The notes: a model not told the origin generated them from the letters alone. 32,000 bases of DNA from Candidatus Poriferisocius sp. (GCF_965219815.1 NZ_OZ244791.1:2446486-2478485), one strand, 5' to 3'; positions 16,972 to 25,837 are shown, numbered from the stretch's first letter. Numbers and translations are program-made.

Positions 16972-18169
16972 GCACCTCTTGCGGCGGGTCGGCGGCCAGC
17001 GACACCCGGTATGCCTCGACGATGTTGTCAGCGGTTACCTCGATAGCAGGGACAACAACGAAGGGCGGCGCTTGCTTCCCGAGCAGGCCGTAAGCCCCCT
17101 CGGTGGCCATTGTCCGTCCGATCTCGTAGGCCTCATCAGCCGCGATTCCCACGATGTTGCCGCCCTCCACAAGGTCGAGCGAGACGTTCGTGTCCAGGTC
17201 CATGGTCACAACCGCCACGTCGCTGGCCCCCGCGGCCCGCAGCGCGGCCAGCACGCCATCGGCCGGTCCGGCCGACCACGGGGCGTAGATGCCGTCGAGG
17301 CCCGGGTTGCGGGTCAGCATGGCGGAGGCGATGTCTTCTGCGGCAGCCGGATCGGCAAGACCCTGTTCAGCCACAATCTCGATCCCGGGGAAGTTGATCT
17401 CGATCCAAGCCTTGAACGCCTGGTCGCGCTGGTTGGTCACGTAGAACGGGGCATCGTGGAAGATGTAGCCGATCTCGCCTTCACCGCCCAGAGCATTGCC
17501 CAGCAGGTTGGCGGCGGCAATGCCCATGGCGGCGAGATCATCGGTCACCACGCCCACGAATTCCTGGCCCTGCGTATACCCCTCCGGGGTCGTGGACAAG
17601 AACACGAGCTGCACACCGGCATCGACGGCAGGCCGGAAGCCTTCCGCGGCCGAGACCGGGTCGATGGTGAGGCTGAGGATGATGTCGGGACTCAGCGCCA
17701 TGGCGGTTTCGACGTCATTGGCCTGCTGGGCGGCGTCGAAACCGGCCTCGGTTTCGACCACCACCTCGATGCCCATCTCGGCGAAGGCGTCCCGAGCCCC
17801 CTGGCTCACCGCGTCGGTGAAAGCGCCGGAGATGTGCCAGAGCAAGGCCGCGGTATAGCCACCCTCTTGGACCTGGGCCAGTTCATCGGCAGTTAGGACA
17901 ATGTCGCCAGACGGGCTGGCCGTCTCGCCATTCGGCCCCTGGGTTACCGGGGCCTCCATGGCCGGCGCCTCATCCTCGGTGGGCTCGGGCTCAGGTTCGG
18001 GGTCGGGTTCGTCAGGCGGTTCGGGTGCCGCAGTGGGCGCGGCGGTTGCGGGTGCGGCAGTGGGGTCGCTGCCGCTGTCGTCGTCGTTGCCGCAAGCTGC
18101 GGCCAGGAGAACGAAGACGGCGAGCAGTGCGCCCAGTACGAGCCATCGCGATTTCTTTCGGGGTTGCAT
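16952..18169 (-). CDS. Sugar ABC transporter substrate-binding lipoprotein (periplasmic binding protein type I, RbsB-like)
   Basis: Start at ATG 18169, preceded by AGGAGAAACCC. Signal peptide plus lipobox LLAAAC. A long A/P/T/E/D linker is followed by a PBP-I domain. Confidence 0.88.
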   Translation of the reverse strand: MQPRKKSRWLVLGALLAVFVLLAAACGNDDDSGSDPTAAPATAAPTAAPEPPDEPDPEPEPEPTEDEAPAMEAPVTQGPNGETASPSGDIVLTADELAQVQEGGYTAALLWHISGAFTDAVSQGARDAFAEMGIEVVVETEAGFDAAQQANDVETAMALSPDIILSLTIDPVSAAEGFRPAVDAGVQLVFLSTTPEGYTQGQEFVGVVTDDLAAMGIAAANLLGNALGGEGEIGYIFHDAPFYVTNQRDQAFKAWIEINFPGIEIVAEQGLADPAAAEDIASAMLTRNPGLDGIYAPWSAGPADGVLAALRAAGASDVAVVTMDLDTNVSLDLVEGGNIVGIAADEAYEIGRTMATEGAYGLLGKQAPPFVVVPAIEVTADNIVEAYRVSLAADPPQEVLDALGG

Positions 18170-18202
18170 GGGTTTCTCCTCTTTCAATTGGTGGTTGGGC
18201 AT

Positions 18203-19450
18203 TTAGGTGGTTGGGGCTGGTTCGAGTCCGCACCACGACGCCACGAAATGGGCCAAGGTGCGGGTGGCGGCTACGAGTTCGTCAATCTCCACGCGCTCGA
18301 ATGGTGTGTGGGCGTTCGAGATGTCTCCGGGCGCGAAGTACACACCGGGCACGCCGATGGCGGAGAGGAACGACTTCTCTGACCAATACGGCGCAGCCTC
18401 AATGCGGGGCTCATCGCCGGTGGTTGCGGCGATGGACGCACCGAGGGCTTGCACCGCGGGATGGTCAGTCGGGGTTTCGTCGGGTGTTCCTCCAACCGAG
18501 TGGTCCCGGGGGGCGGTGAACTCCACCGAGGCCTCGACACCGTGATCTGCGGCTACCTGGGCGGTGATGTCTCGGATGGATTGCGCCGCTGCGTCAAGGC
18601 TCTCTCGGGGAAGGACCTTGCGGATCAAAGACAGATCGAACCGCCCGGGCACTGCGATGCTCTCCCCAGATCGGACTTCGGTAACGAGCAGGAATGCCTC
18701 TCCAATCAGCGGATGCGCTGGTTGGGCGCGGAGGTTGTCGGAATGCTCCCAAAGCGCGGTGAGGAGGTGATGGCCGGCCTTCAAGGCGTCCACCCCCAGT
18801 TCCGGTCGTCCGAAGTACGCCGACTGTCCGGTCAGCGCGATGTCGGCGATGAAGAAGCCCATTTGCGCGGTGTAGATGGCCGAGGTTGTGGGCTCGGTGT
18901 AGACGAGGAAGTCCGCCGGATGGTCTTGCTGGACCTCCCCGTCAGCTATTGCCGCTTTCATCCCGGCAGAAATGCCGCTGCCGGGTTGGCCTGATTCTTC
19001 GTCGCATACGAAAAGCGCAGTCACCGAGCCCGTTGGCCGACAACCAGACCGGTGGATCGCCCGGAGTGCCTCCAAGATGGCGCAGATGCCGGCCTTCTGG
19101 TCAGCAGACCCTCGGCCCCAGATTTCTTGGCCGATGATCGAAGCGGCAAAGGGGTTGGCCCGCTCGGTTCCCGCCCAGTGTTTTGCCCAGTCGTCAGCGT
19201 GCACGGTGTCGAGATGTCCCGCCAAGACCAGTGATGGGCGCCCATGGCCGACACTGGCGTAAACATTGGCCCGGGTGCCCTCAAAGGGAGCGAGGAGCCT
19301 GTGGTCCCAGGCGTTGTCGTCCAGTTGATCGTGTACCCACCGGGCGAAGTCTTCTTCGTGAGGGGTCACGCTGGGTATGCCGATGGCCTCTTGAAGGAGA
19401 TCGACCACCGCGTCGGCATCCACGTACTCGGCGACGGCCTCGGGGGTCAT
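18203..19450 (-). CDS. M20-family metallohydrolase (ArgE/DapE/ACY1-type deacylase)
   Basis: Metal-ligand motifs LAGHLDTVH and GRGSADQKAG, with a dimerisation-domain layout. The ATG overlaps the ROK stop (ATGA at 19447-19450). Confidence 0.88.
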   Translation of the reverse strand: MTPEAVAEYVDADAVVDLLQEAIGIPSVTPHEEDFARWVHDQLDDNAWDHRLLAPFEGTRANVYASVGHGRPSLVLAGHLDTVHADDWAKHWAGTERANPFAASIIGQEIWGRGSADQKAGICAILEALRAIHRSGCRPTGSVTALFVCDEESGQPGSGISAGMKAAIADGEVQQDHPADFLVYTEPTTSAIYTAQMGFFIADIALTGQSAYFGRPELGVDALKAGHHLLTALWEHSDNLRAQPAHPLIGEAFLLVTEVRSGESIAVPGRFDLSLIRKVLPRESLDAAAQSIRDITAQVAADHGVEASVEFTAPRDHSVGGTPDETPTDHPAVQALGASIAATTGDEPRIEAAPYWSEKSFLSAIGVPGVYFAPGDISNAHTPFERVEIDELVAATRTLAHFVASWCGLEPAPTT

Positions 19451-20631
19451 CGCGGGCGCCCCAGCGTGTCGGTTACCAGCGACTCGTGCAGCTCGTCGAG
19501 CGCCCGTGCCACCGCTCCGAGAAACGTGGCCCGCCGTCCGAGCGTTGAGGCAAAGACTTCCACCGGCTGGGATAGCCGTCTACGCAGCTCGGCGTTGACT
19601 GCTTCCACAAACACCGGATTGGCGCCCACGCCGCCGCCGAAGACAATCCGCTCCGGGTCGACGACGAGGCACACGTGCATGACGGCGGTCGCCATGGCTT
19701 CGGCCGCGTCCTCCAACACATGTACGGCTGCCGGGTCGCCCTGAGCGGCCGCGTCGAAGATCTCCGGAACGTCGGCGCTGCCGTGCAGTTCTGTCGCGTA
19801 CCCGGATTCAGCGGCCTGTCCGAATTGCTTGCGGATGGCGGGTGCCGACGAGACTTCTTCCAGGATGAGGGGGGCGCTGGAATCGGCGGGGGAGCCATGA
19901 AGAACCAGCGACCCCACCTCCCCGGCGGCTCCGGTTCCCCCGCGGTACAGCTCTCCGCCCACGATGATGCCCATTCCGATTCCGGTACCGATCGAGATGG
20001 CCACAAAGTTGGTTTGGTCGATGTCCAGGTCGGCTTCGGCCAGCGCCGCCAGGTTCACATCGTTGTCCACATGGACATCGATGTTGAGGAGCTCTTCGAG
20101 CTTCGCCCGTACTCGCAGGCCTTCGAATCCCGGAAGGTTCAGGGCCTGCTCGACGCTGTCAGAAGCCGGGCGGTAGATGCCGGGGACGCCGATGCAGGCC
20201 GACCCGGCTCGACCTCCGATCCCTGACAGCATCTGATGTGCTGTTTCCGCGACACGGTTGAGTGCGGTGTCAGCGTCCGGGCCGGTCTCCAGTTCCTGTT
20301 CGGCGACAACTGCGCCCAAGAGGTTGGCGATGCCGACGATGATCTTGGTAGCGCCGATGTCGGCGGCCACAACAAACCCTGCTTCCGGCACAAACTCGTA
20401 GAGCATGGCTGGTCGGCCAACGTTCCCCGATGTAGTCGGCGTTTCGGCCAGGCGGATCAATCCCGATGATTCCAAATCGGCCACCAGGTTGGAGACGGTC
20501 GGCTTGGACAGCCCCGTCACTCGGGCGATGTCTGCCCGGGAGATTCCCTGGGGGGCAGCATCGAACATGGCATCAACGATGCGCTGCCCGTTCAACAGCC
20601 GCAGCAGCCGGGAGTCTGAAGCCCCTCTCAC
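19447..20631 (-). CDS. ROK-family transcriptional regulator (N-terminal wHTH + ROK sugar-kinase-like domain)
   Basis: The wHTH is ISRADIARVTGLSKPTVSNLVADLESSGLI. ROK domain motifs are AADIGATK, VDNDVNLAALAE and ISIGTGIGMGIIVGGELYRGGTGAAGEVG. GTG start at 20631. Confidence 0.9.
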   Translation of the reverse strand: MRGASDSRLLRLLNGQRIVDAMFDAAPQGISRADIARVTGLSKPTVSNLVADLESSGLIRLAETPTTSGNVGRPAMLYEFVPEAGFVVAADIGATKIIVGIANLLGAVVAEQELETGPDADTALNRVAETAHQMLSGIGGRAGSACIGVPGIYRPASDSVEQALNLPGFEGLRVRAKLEELLNIDVHVDNDVNLAALAEADLDIDQTNFVAISIGTGIGMGIIVGGELYRGGTGAAGEVGSLVLHGSPADSSAPLILEEVSSAPAIRKQFGQAAESGYATELHGSADVPEIFDAAAQGDPAAVHVLEDAAEAMATAVMHVCLVVDPERIVFGGGVGANPVFVEAVNAELRRRLSQPVEVFASTLGRRATFLGAVARALDELHESLVTDTLGRPR

Positions 20632-20727
20632 TAGTTTGTAAGCATAACTAACAAACAGTGCCCTGGCAAGAGGCTCTTGAAGGTATCTTTTTGGCTCTTC
20701 AAGCGGCCCTACATGGGGGGCCTCAGA
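20632..20727. promoter_or_regulatory. AT-richer promoter/operator region of the ROK operon with several symmetric elements
   Basis: GTTTGTAAG-cataa-CTAACAAAC (20634-20656) is an 8/9 inverted repeat. GGCTCTTGAAG (20672-20682) and GGCTCTTCAAG (20693-20703) are spaced 21 bp apart. A GGCCC-N8-GGGCC hairpin (20705-20722) lies directly after the upstream LLM stop. Confidence 0.4.
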
Positions 20728-21747
20728 TCAGCAGAACACGGGGGCGATGGTGTCGGCGAAGGTGCGCATCCAGCCTTCTTTGTCGTCCATGAACTGGGCC
20801 AGCACCATTCGGTTGACGCCCCGTTCGGCCAACTCGGTCAAGCGGTCGATGCAATATTCGGGCGGGCCGGCAATGGTGCCGCGGCTGGCCAAGAACTCGG
20901 CGAGGCCGTGCTTGTCGGCCAGCCCGGCGTTGACGTTGGCCCCATCGGCAAAGGCGTGGTGGCGGCTGTCGTACTCGGCCATCATGGCGGCCACCCGGGG
21001 CTTGATGTCTTCGGGGAGGCCCTTGCCGTCCATGTGGAATCGGTACACGTGGTTGGCCGTGCCCGCGATCAGGAACTTGATCTGCTCCAGGCCGGCTTCT
21101 TCCGATTCGGCGAACAGCAGGTTGGCGAACCACCACACCTCGACCTCGTCGGGGTCCCGGCCCACCGAGCGGGCCCCTTCGGCGATGTTGCCCAGCACGA
21201 TCTCGCACACGTCGGCGGGCAGGCTGTTGGACAGGATCACCCCGTCGGCGATCTGACCGGCCATGTACTGGGTGCGAGGCCCTTCGGCGGCAATCCACAC
21301 CGGGACCGGGGCGGGGCCCCAGCGCATGTGCAGGTCTTTGCCCTGCCAGCGGGCCGTCTCGCCGTTGCTGAGAGCCTTGACCGCCGCGGTGTAGTCCCGG
21401 AGGTAGTCCACGGTCGCCGGCTTCTCCCCGATATTGAGCAGCGCGCTGTCGCCCGAGGCGATCCCGTAGCGAAACCGCCCTCCAGAAATCTGCTGGAGGG
21501 CCATTGCGGTGGAGGCGGCTGCGGCCGGATGGCGGGTGACGGGGTTCGTAACCGTGGTGGCCAGCAGGGCGTTGTCGGTGTGGTTGGCGGCCACGGTGAG
21601 GGTGAGGAAGGGGTCGGCCCACAGCGACTGGGAGTCGCCGGCCACCACCATGGAGAACCCGGAGCTCTCCACTTGGCGGGCCCAGGCCCCGTATGTGGTG
21701 AGGTCTTCGGGAACCTTCCCGGTGCCGAATGCGATGGATGCGCTCAT
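20728..21747 (-). CDS. LLM-class flavin/F420-dependent oxidoreductase
   Basis: Start at ATG 21747 (MSASIAFG). Luciferase-like monooxygenase pattern: GFSMVVAGDSQ, TNPVTRHP, SGGRFRYGIASGDS. Confidence 0.85.
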   Translation of the reverse strand: MSASIAFGTGKVPEDLTTYGAWARQVESSGFSMVVAGDSQSLWADPFLTLTVAANHTDNALLATTVTNPVTRHPAAAASTAMALQQISGGRFRYGIASGDSALLNIGEKPATVDYLRDYTAAVKALSNGETARWQGKDLHMRWGPAPVPVWIAAEGPRTQYMAGQIADGVILSNSLPADVCEIVLGNIAEGARSVGRDPDEVEVWWFANLLFAESEEAGLEQIKFLIAGTANHVYRFHMDGKGLPEDIKPRVAAMMAEYDSRHHAFADGANVNAGLADKHGLAEFLASRGTIAGPPEYCIDRLTELAERGVNRMVLAQFMDDKEGWMRTFADTIAPVFC

Positions 21748-21796
21748 GGCCCGAGGATAGAGGCCGCTCAACGAGCCCGCCGCCTACCATGGGCCG

Positions 21797-23323
21797 GTGC
21801 TGGATGTCCCCCCGATCGATTTCGGCGAGCCCCTGTCTCTGGGTCCGCTGCTGAAACGGGCGGTGGCCGCAGTGCCCGACAAAACCGCCCTGGTGGGAGC
21901 CCGGGGGAGGCTGAGCTACGCCGAGCTGGCCGACGAAGTGTCCCGAACCGCCACTGCGCTGGACGAATTGGGGGTCCGGGCCGGCGACCGGGTGGCGGTA
22001 TCGCTGGCCAACGACATCGACATCGTGACCGCCCTCATGGGCATCTGGGCCCGGGGGGCGGTGTTCGTGGGGGTCCACACCGTGCTGGCCCCACCGGAGA
22101 AGCGCTATCTGATCGACGACTGCGAGCCTTCGCTCTACCTCACCTCAAATGCCGCAGAAGAGGTGGGCGCACCCCGGGTGGTCGGCTTGGAGCAGTGGCG
22201 GGCGGAGGTGGCCGGAGCACAGCCCATGGAGCCGTGGCCCGGGTGCGACCCGCTGGGGTTGGCGGCCATCGCCTACACCTCGGGCACCACCGGCAACCCC
22301 AAAGGGGTGATGCATAGCCAGCACAATGCCCTGCTTCAGGGGGCGGTGGCCGTGGCCCGGGGTAGCTACGACGCCGACGATGTTTTCTTGTGCGTACACC
22401 CCTTGACCATCCTGAACCTCCAGGTGCTCCACGGCCTGACCACCATTCAGGCGCTGGCCACCTGCGCCATTGCCGACCGCCACGATCCGGTGTCACTGGC
22501 CCGGTGGATCAAACGGGAGGGGGTCACGCATTTCGCGGTGGTGCCCACCGTGGCCTACGACCTGCTGATCCATCCCGAGGTACACCCCGACGATCTGGCT
22601 ACCCTCACCAAGCCCCGAGTAGGGGGCGCGGCGATGCCCGAGTCGGTGAAACTCCTGTTCGAGGAGCGGTTCGGCGTCAAGCCGGCCACCAGCCTGGGAA
22701 TCACCGAGGGGCCCACGCTGGTGACCCGTCAAGACCCCGACCGCCCGATTATCGAGGGAAGCTGCGGGCAGGCGCTGCCCCACATCGAAGTGCAGGTGCT
22801 TGACGACGATGATCGGCCTATGCCGGTGGGCGAGGTGGGGGAGATCTGCTTTGGGCCCCGGCGCGACGGCCCGTGGGCCGGTGTCTACCGCACCATGCTG
22901 GGCTATTGGGGTCGCCCCGAGCTGTCGGCCGAGACCCTGCGGGGCGGCATGGTCCACTCCGGCGACCTGGGCCGGTTCGATGCCGACGGCGAGCTGTACA
23001 TCGTGGAGCGGCGCAGCCAGATGATCATCCGGGGCGGCAACAACATCTACCCCGCCGAGGTCGAGCGAGTGCTGGGGGCCGACGCCCGAGTGGCCGAGTG
23101 CTGCGTGGTGGGCCGACCCGACCCCCGCCTCGGCGAGACTGTGGTGGCCTTCGTCCAGCCCGCCGCAGGTGCGAACGTTGGCGTCGAAGACCTGCTCTCG
23201 TTGTGTCGAGCCAACCTCGCCCCCTACAAGATCCCCGATGATGTCCGCTTTGTGGAAGCCTTTCCCCGCAGCCCCTTGGGCAAGATCGCCCGAGCCCAGG
23301 TGCAGGCGATAGCTGAGAACTGA
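21797..23323 (+). CDS. AMP-dependent synthetase/ligase (acyl-CoA synthetase family)
   Basis: AMP-binding motif IAYTSGTTGNPKGV. Later motifs: GDLGRFDADGELYIVERRSQMIIRGGNNIYPAEVE and a terminal PRSPLGKI. Confidence 0.92.
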   Translation: MLDVPPIDFGEPLSLGPLLKRAVAAVPDKTALVGARGRLSYAELADEVSRTATALDELGVRAGDRVAVSLANDIDIVTALMGIWARGAVFVGVHTVLAPPEKRYLIDDCEPSLYLTSNAAEEVGAPRVVGLEQWRAEVAGAQPMEPWPGCDPLGLAAIAYTSGTTGNPKGVMHSQHNALLQGAVAVARGSYDADDVFLCVHPLTILNLQVLHGLTTIQALATCAIADRHDPVSLARWIKREGVTHFAVVPTVAYDLLIHPEVHPDDLATLTKPRVGGAAMPESVKLLFEERFGVKPATSLGITEGPTLVTRQDPDRPIIEGSCGQALPHIEVQVLDDDDRPMPVGEVGEICFGPRRDGPWAGVYRTMLGYWGRPELSAETLRGGMVHSGDLGRFDADGELYIVERRSQMIIRGGNNIYPAEVERVLGADARVAECCVVGRPDPRLGETVVAFVQPAAGANVGVEDLLSLCRANLAPYKIPDDVRFVEAFPRSPLGKIARAQVQAIAEN

Positions 23324-23338
23324 CAACGAGGAGAACTG

Positions 23339-23866
23339 ATGAGCGACGAGCCAGCTACTGATGCCGAGTCGGCTGACTACGAGGACGTGACGGAGTGGTG
23401 GCTCGACAACGATGCCGAGGAGGCCATGCTGGCCGCTCAGACCGAGTGTACGTTTATCTGGGCCAACAAGGAAGGGTGGCCGGTTGGGGTCATCATGAGC
23501 TTCATCTGGCGCCAGGGCCGATTTTGGCTCACCGCCACTTCCCAGCGGGCCCGCATCTCCGCGGTGCGCCGCGACCCCCGAGTGTGCGTGGTGGTGACCA
23601 GCACCGGCGCCAAGGGGGTGTCCCAAAGGCAGACAGTGACCTACAAGGGCATCTGCCGCCTGCACGACGACGACGAGACCAAGGCATGGTTCTACCCCGA
23701 GTTGGCTGCCGCGCTGCACCCCGACGAAGACATGCAGCGCCACTTCGCCAGTTTTCTGGACTCTCCTCGGCGGGTGATCCTCGAGGTGGAGCCCACCCAG
23801 CGCATTTCATTCGACGGCACCAAGCAGGCCGCGGCCACCGCGGCGTGGATCGAGGACAGTGGCTGA
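23339..23866 (+). CDS. Pyridoxamine 5'-phosphate oxidase family protein (split-barrel flavin/F420-binding)
   Basis: ATG at 23339, preceded by GAGGAGAA. Split-barrel pattern (TFIWANKEGWPVGVIMSFIW..GRFWLTATSQRARISAVRRDPRVCVVV). Confidence 0.78.
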   Translation: MSDEPATDAESADYEDVTEWWLDNDAEEAMLAAQTECTFIWANKEGWPVGVIMSFIWRQGRFWLTATSQRARISAVRRDPRVCVVVTSTGAKGVSQRQTVTYKGICRLHDDDETKAWFYPELAAALHPDEDMQRHFASFLDSPRRVILEVEPTQRISFDGTKQAAATAAWIEDSG

Positions 23867-23887
23867 AAACTGCCGGGGCGGGATCGA

Positions 23888-25837
23888 TTAGACCGCAGCC
23901 GGAGGGCGGAGGCGGTCGGCGATGGCCCGGGTGAGTCGGTCGAGGATGCTGGCCAGCAGCACGATGGCGATACCGGCCTCGAATCCCCGTCCCACCGCGT
24001 CGCTGCGCCGCAGGCCCCGGACGGCTTCCAGGCCCAGCCCGCCGCCGCCGACCAGCCCGGCGATCACCACCATGGCCAAGATCAGCATGATCACCTGGTT
24101 CACCGCCACCATCAGCTCTGGCGCGGCCAGCGGCAGCTCCACTCGGCGGAGGCGCTGGCTGCGGGTGGCGCCGAAGCTCTCGGCGGCCTCGTGGACTTCG
24201 GCGGGAACTCGGCGCAGCCCCAAATCGGTGTAGTGGACCGCGGCCGGCAGGGCGTAGATCACCGAGGCGATGATGCCGGGGATGCGGCCCACATGGAAAA
24301 GGGTGATCACCGGCACTAGCAGCACGAAGCTGGGGATTGTCTGAAAGAAGTCCAGCACCGGCTTAAAGGCCGTTCGCAGCAGATCGTTGTGCGAGGTCAT
24401 TATCCCCACCGGCACGCCGATGATCAGCGTGATGGCCACCGCCACAATGGTCTGGGCCAAAGTGTCCATCGACAGCGCCCACATGCCCAAGAAGCCGATG
24501 GCGAACAACGCTGCTCCGATACCGACGGCTAGGCGTATGCCTCGGGCCCACAGTCCAAGGACCACCCCTATCCCGATCATGGCAGGCCATGGGATGTCGC
24601 TCGAGAGCAGCTCGCGCAGCGGGGTCACGAATCGGAGCGTGACAAAGTCGCTGAATGGGCCGGTCCCGATCCCCGAGCCGCCGATGTCGTACAGGTTGTC
24701 CCGAGCCCAATCGGTGGCATCGTCCACGTAAGGGGCAAACTGCCAATTCAGCGATTCGGGGAACTCGTTGTGGCCGAGCAAGCCCCCGACAACAGCCACC
24801 ACGGTGACCGCGACGGCGAGCCATCGAAGGGCAAGGGCGTCGTGTCGCGGGTCCGCGGTGGCGATGCCGGTGGAGAAGCGGTCCAATACGATGGCCATGA
24901 TCACGATGGCGATGCCCGCCTCCGACGCTTTCCCCACCTCGATGCTCTGCATGGCCCTTAGCACCACTTGGCCCAGACCGCCCGCGCCGATGAAGGCGGC
25001 AATCACCACCATGCTCATGGCCAGCATGGTGGTCTGGTTCATGCCTGCGAAGATGGCCGGGCGGGCTTGGGGCAGGCGCACCAGCCGCAGCGTCTGGCGC
25101 TCGGTGGCCCCGAACATCTCCGATGCTTCGACGGTGACCTGGGGAACGGTCCGAAGCCCCACCTCGGTGAGCCTCACCACCGGAGCGAGGGCGAAGATCA
25201 CTGTGGAGATCAACGCCGGAACCCGCCCGACCCCGAAGAGCAGCACGAAGGGGATGAGGTAGACGAACCCCGGCATGGTTTGCATGGCGTCCAATGTGGG
25301 ACGGACCACCCTGGCAACGGCATCGCTGCGCCAGGCGGCGATGCCCAGCGGAATGCCGATGATCATGGAAATGAGCACCGACACTCCCATCAGGGCCAGG
25401 GTGGCGAAGGATTCCTCCCAGAGGTCGATGATGCCGATCAAGGCCACGCTGGCCAAGCCCAGCACTCCGGCCACCCGCCCACGGGTCCACCACAGGCCGA
25501 CTCCGGTGATCAGCGGGTAGGAGTACCACGGGAACCACCTGAGAATGGACTCCAGCCGACGGATACCCCAGTCGATGGCGTCGGTGATGGGATTCAAGAA
25601 GACGGTATACAGCCAATGAGAGGTTTGGTTGCTGATCAGCCATCGCCGGGCCCGATCGATGGGATCGGCCAGCCCGATGTCCCAGGATTCGGGGAAGACG
25701 CCGAAGTTCGTGGACAGCCGAAACACCAATATCAATACAACGATGGTGCCGATGGCCAGGATGAAGCGCGCCAGGCGGCTGTCCGACGCGGTTCGAAGCC
25801 CGTTGGCGGTGCGGCGGGCCTCCTCCACCACCGTCAT
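23888..25837 (-). CDS. Glycine betaine/proline-type ABC transporter permease, tandem fusion of two ProW/OpuAB-like domains
   Basis: 649 aa. There are two BPD-transporter modules, each with an EAS/EAA loop ([24 protein letters not shown] and [24 protein letters not shown]). The ATG overlaps the ProV stop (25834-25837). Confidence 0.9.
   Translation of the reverse strand: MTVVEEARRTANGLRTASDSRLARFILAIGTIVVLILVFRLSTNFGVFPESWDIGLADPIDRARRWLISNQTSHWLYTVFLNPITDAIDWGIRRLESILRWFPWYSYPLITGVGLWWTRGRVAGVLGLASVALIGIIDLWEESFATLALMGVSVLISMIIGIPLGIAAWRSDAVARVVRPTLDAMQTMPGFVYLIPFVLLFGVGRVPALISTVIFALAPVVRLTEVGLRTVPQVTVEASEMFGATERQTLRLVRLPQARPAIFAGMNQTTMLAMSMVVIAAFIGAGGLGQVVLRAMQSIEVGKASEAGIAIVIMAIVLDRFSTGIATADPRHDALALRWLAVAVTVVAVVGGLLGHNEFPESLNWQFAPYVDDATDWARDNLYDIGGSGIGTGPFSDFVTLRFVTPLRELLSSDIPWPAMIGIGVVLGLWARGIRLAVGIGAALFAIGFLGMWALSMDTLAQTIVAVAITLIIGVPVGIMTSHNDLLRTAFKPVLDFFQTIPSFVLLVPVITLFHVGRIPGIIASVIYALPAAVHYTDLGLRRVPAEVHEAAESFGATRSQRLRRVELPLAAPELMVAVNQVIMLILAMVVIAGLVGGGGLGLEAVRGLRRSDAVGRGFEAGIAIVLLASILDRLTRAIADRLRPPAAV

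Noticed and set aside
20677-22317. Very long ORFs overlapping annotated genes: 546 aa on the plus strand here, plus 20723-22078 (-), 22493-23743 (-), 6203-7585 (+), 8678-9760 (-), 24363-25643 (-) and 24968-26086 (+)
   Set aside because: They lie antisense to, or out of frame with, genes that have clear family motifs. Their translations are Arg/Pro/Gly/His-rich low-complexity strings with no recognisable motif. This is the expected stop-codon-poor artefact of GC-rich DNA.
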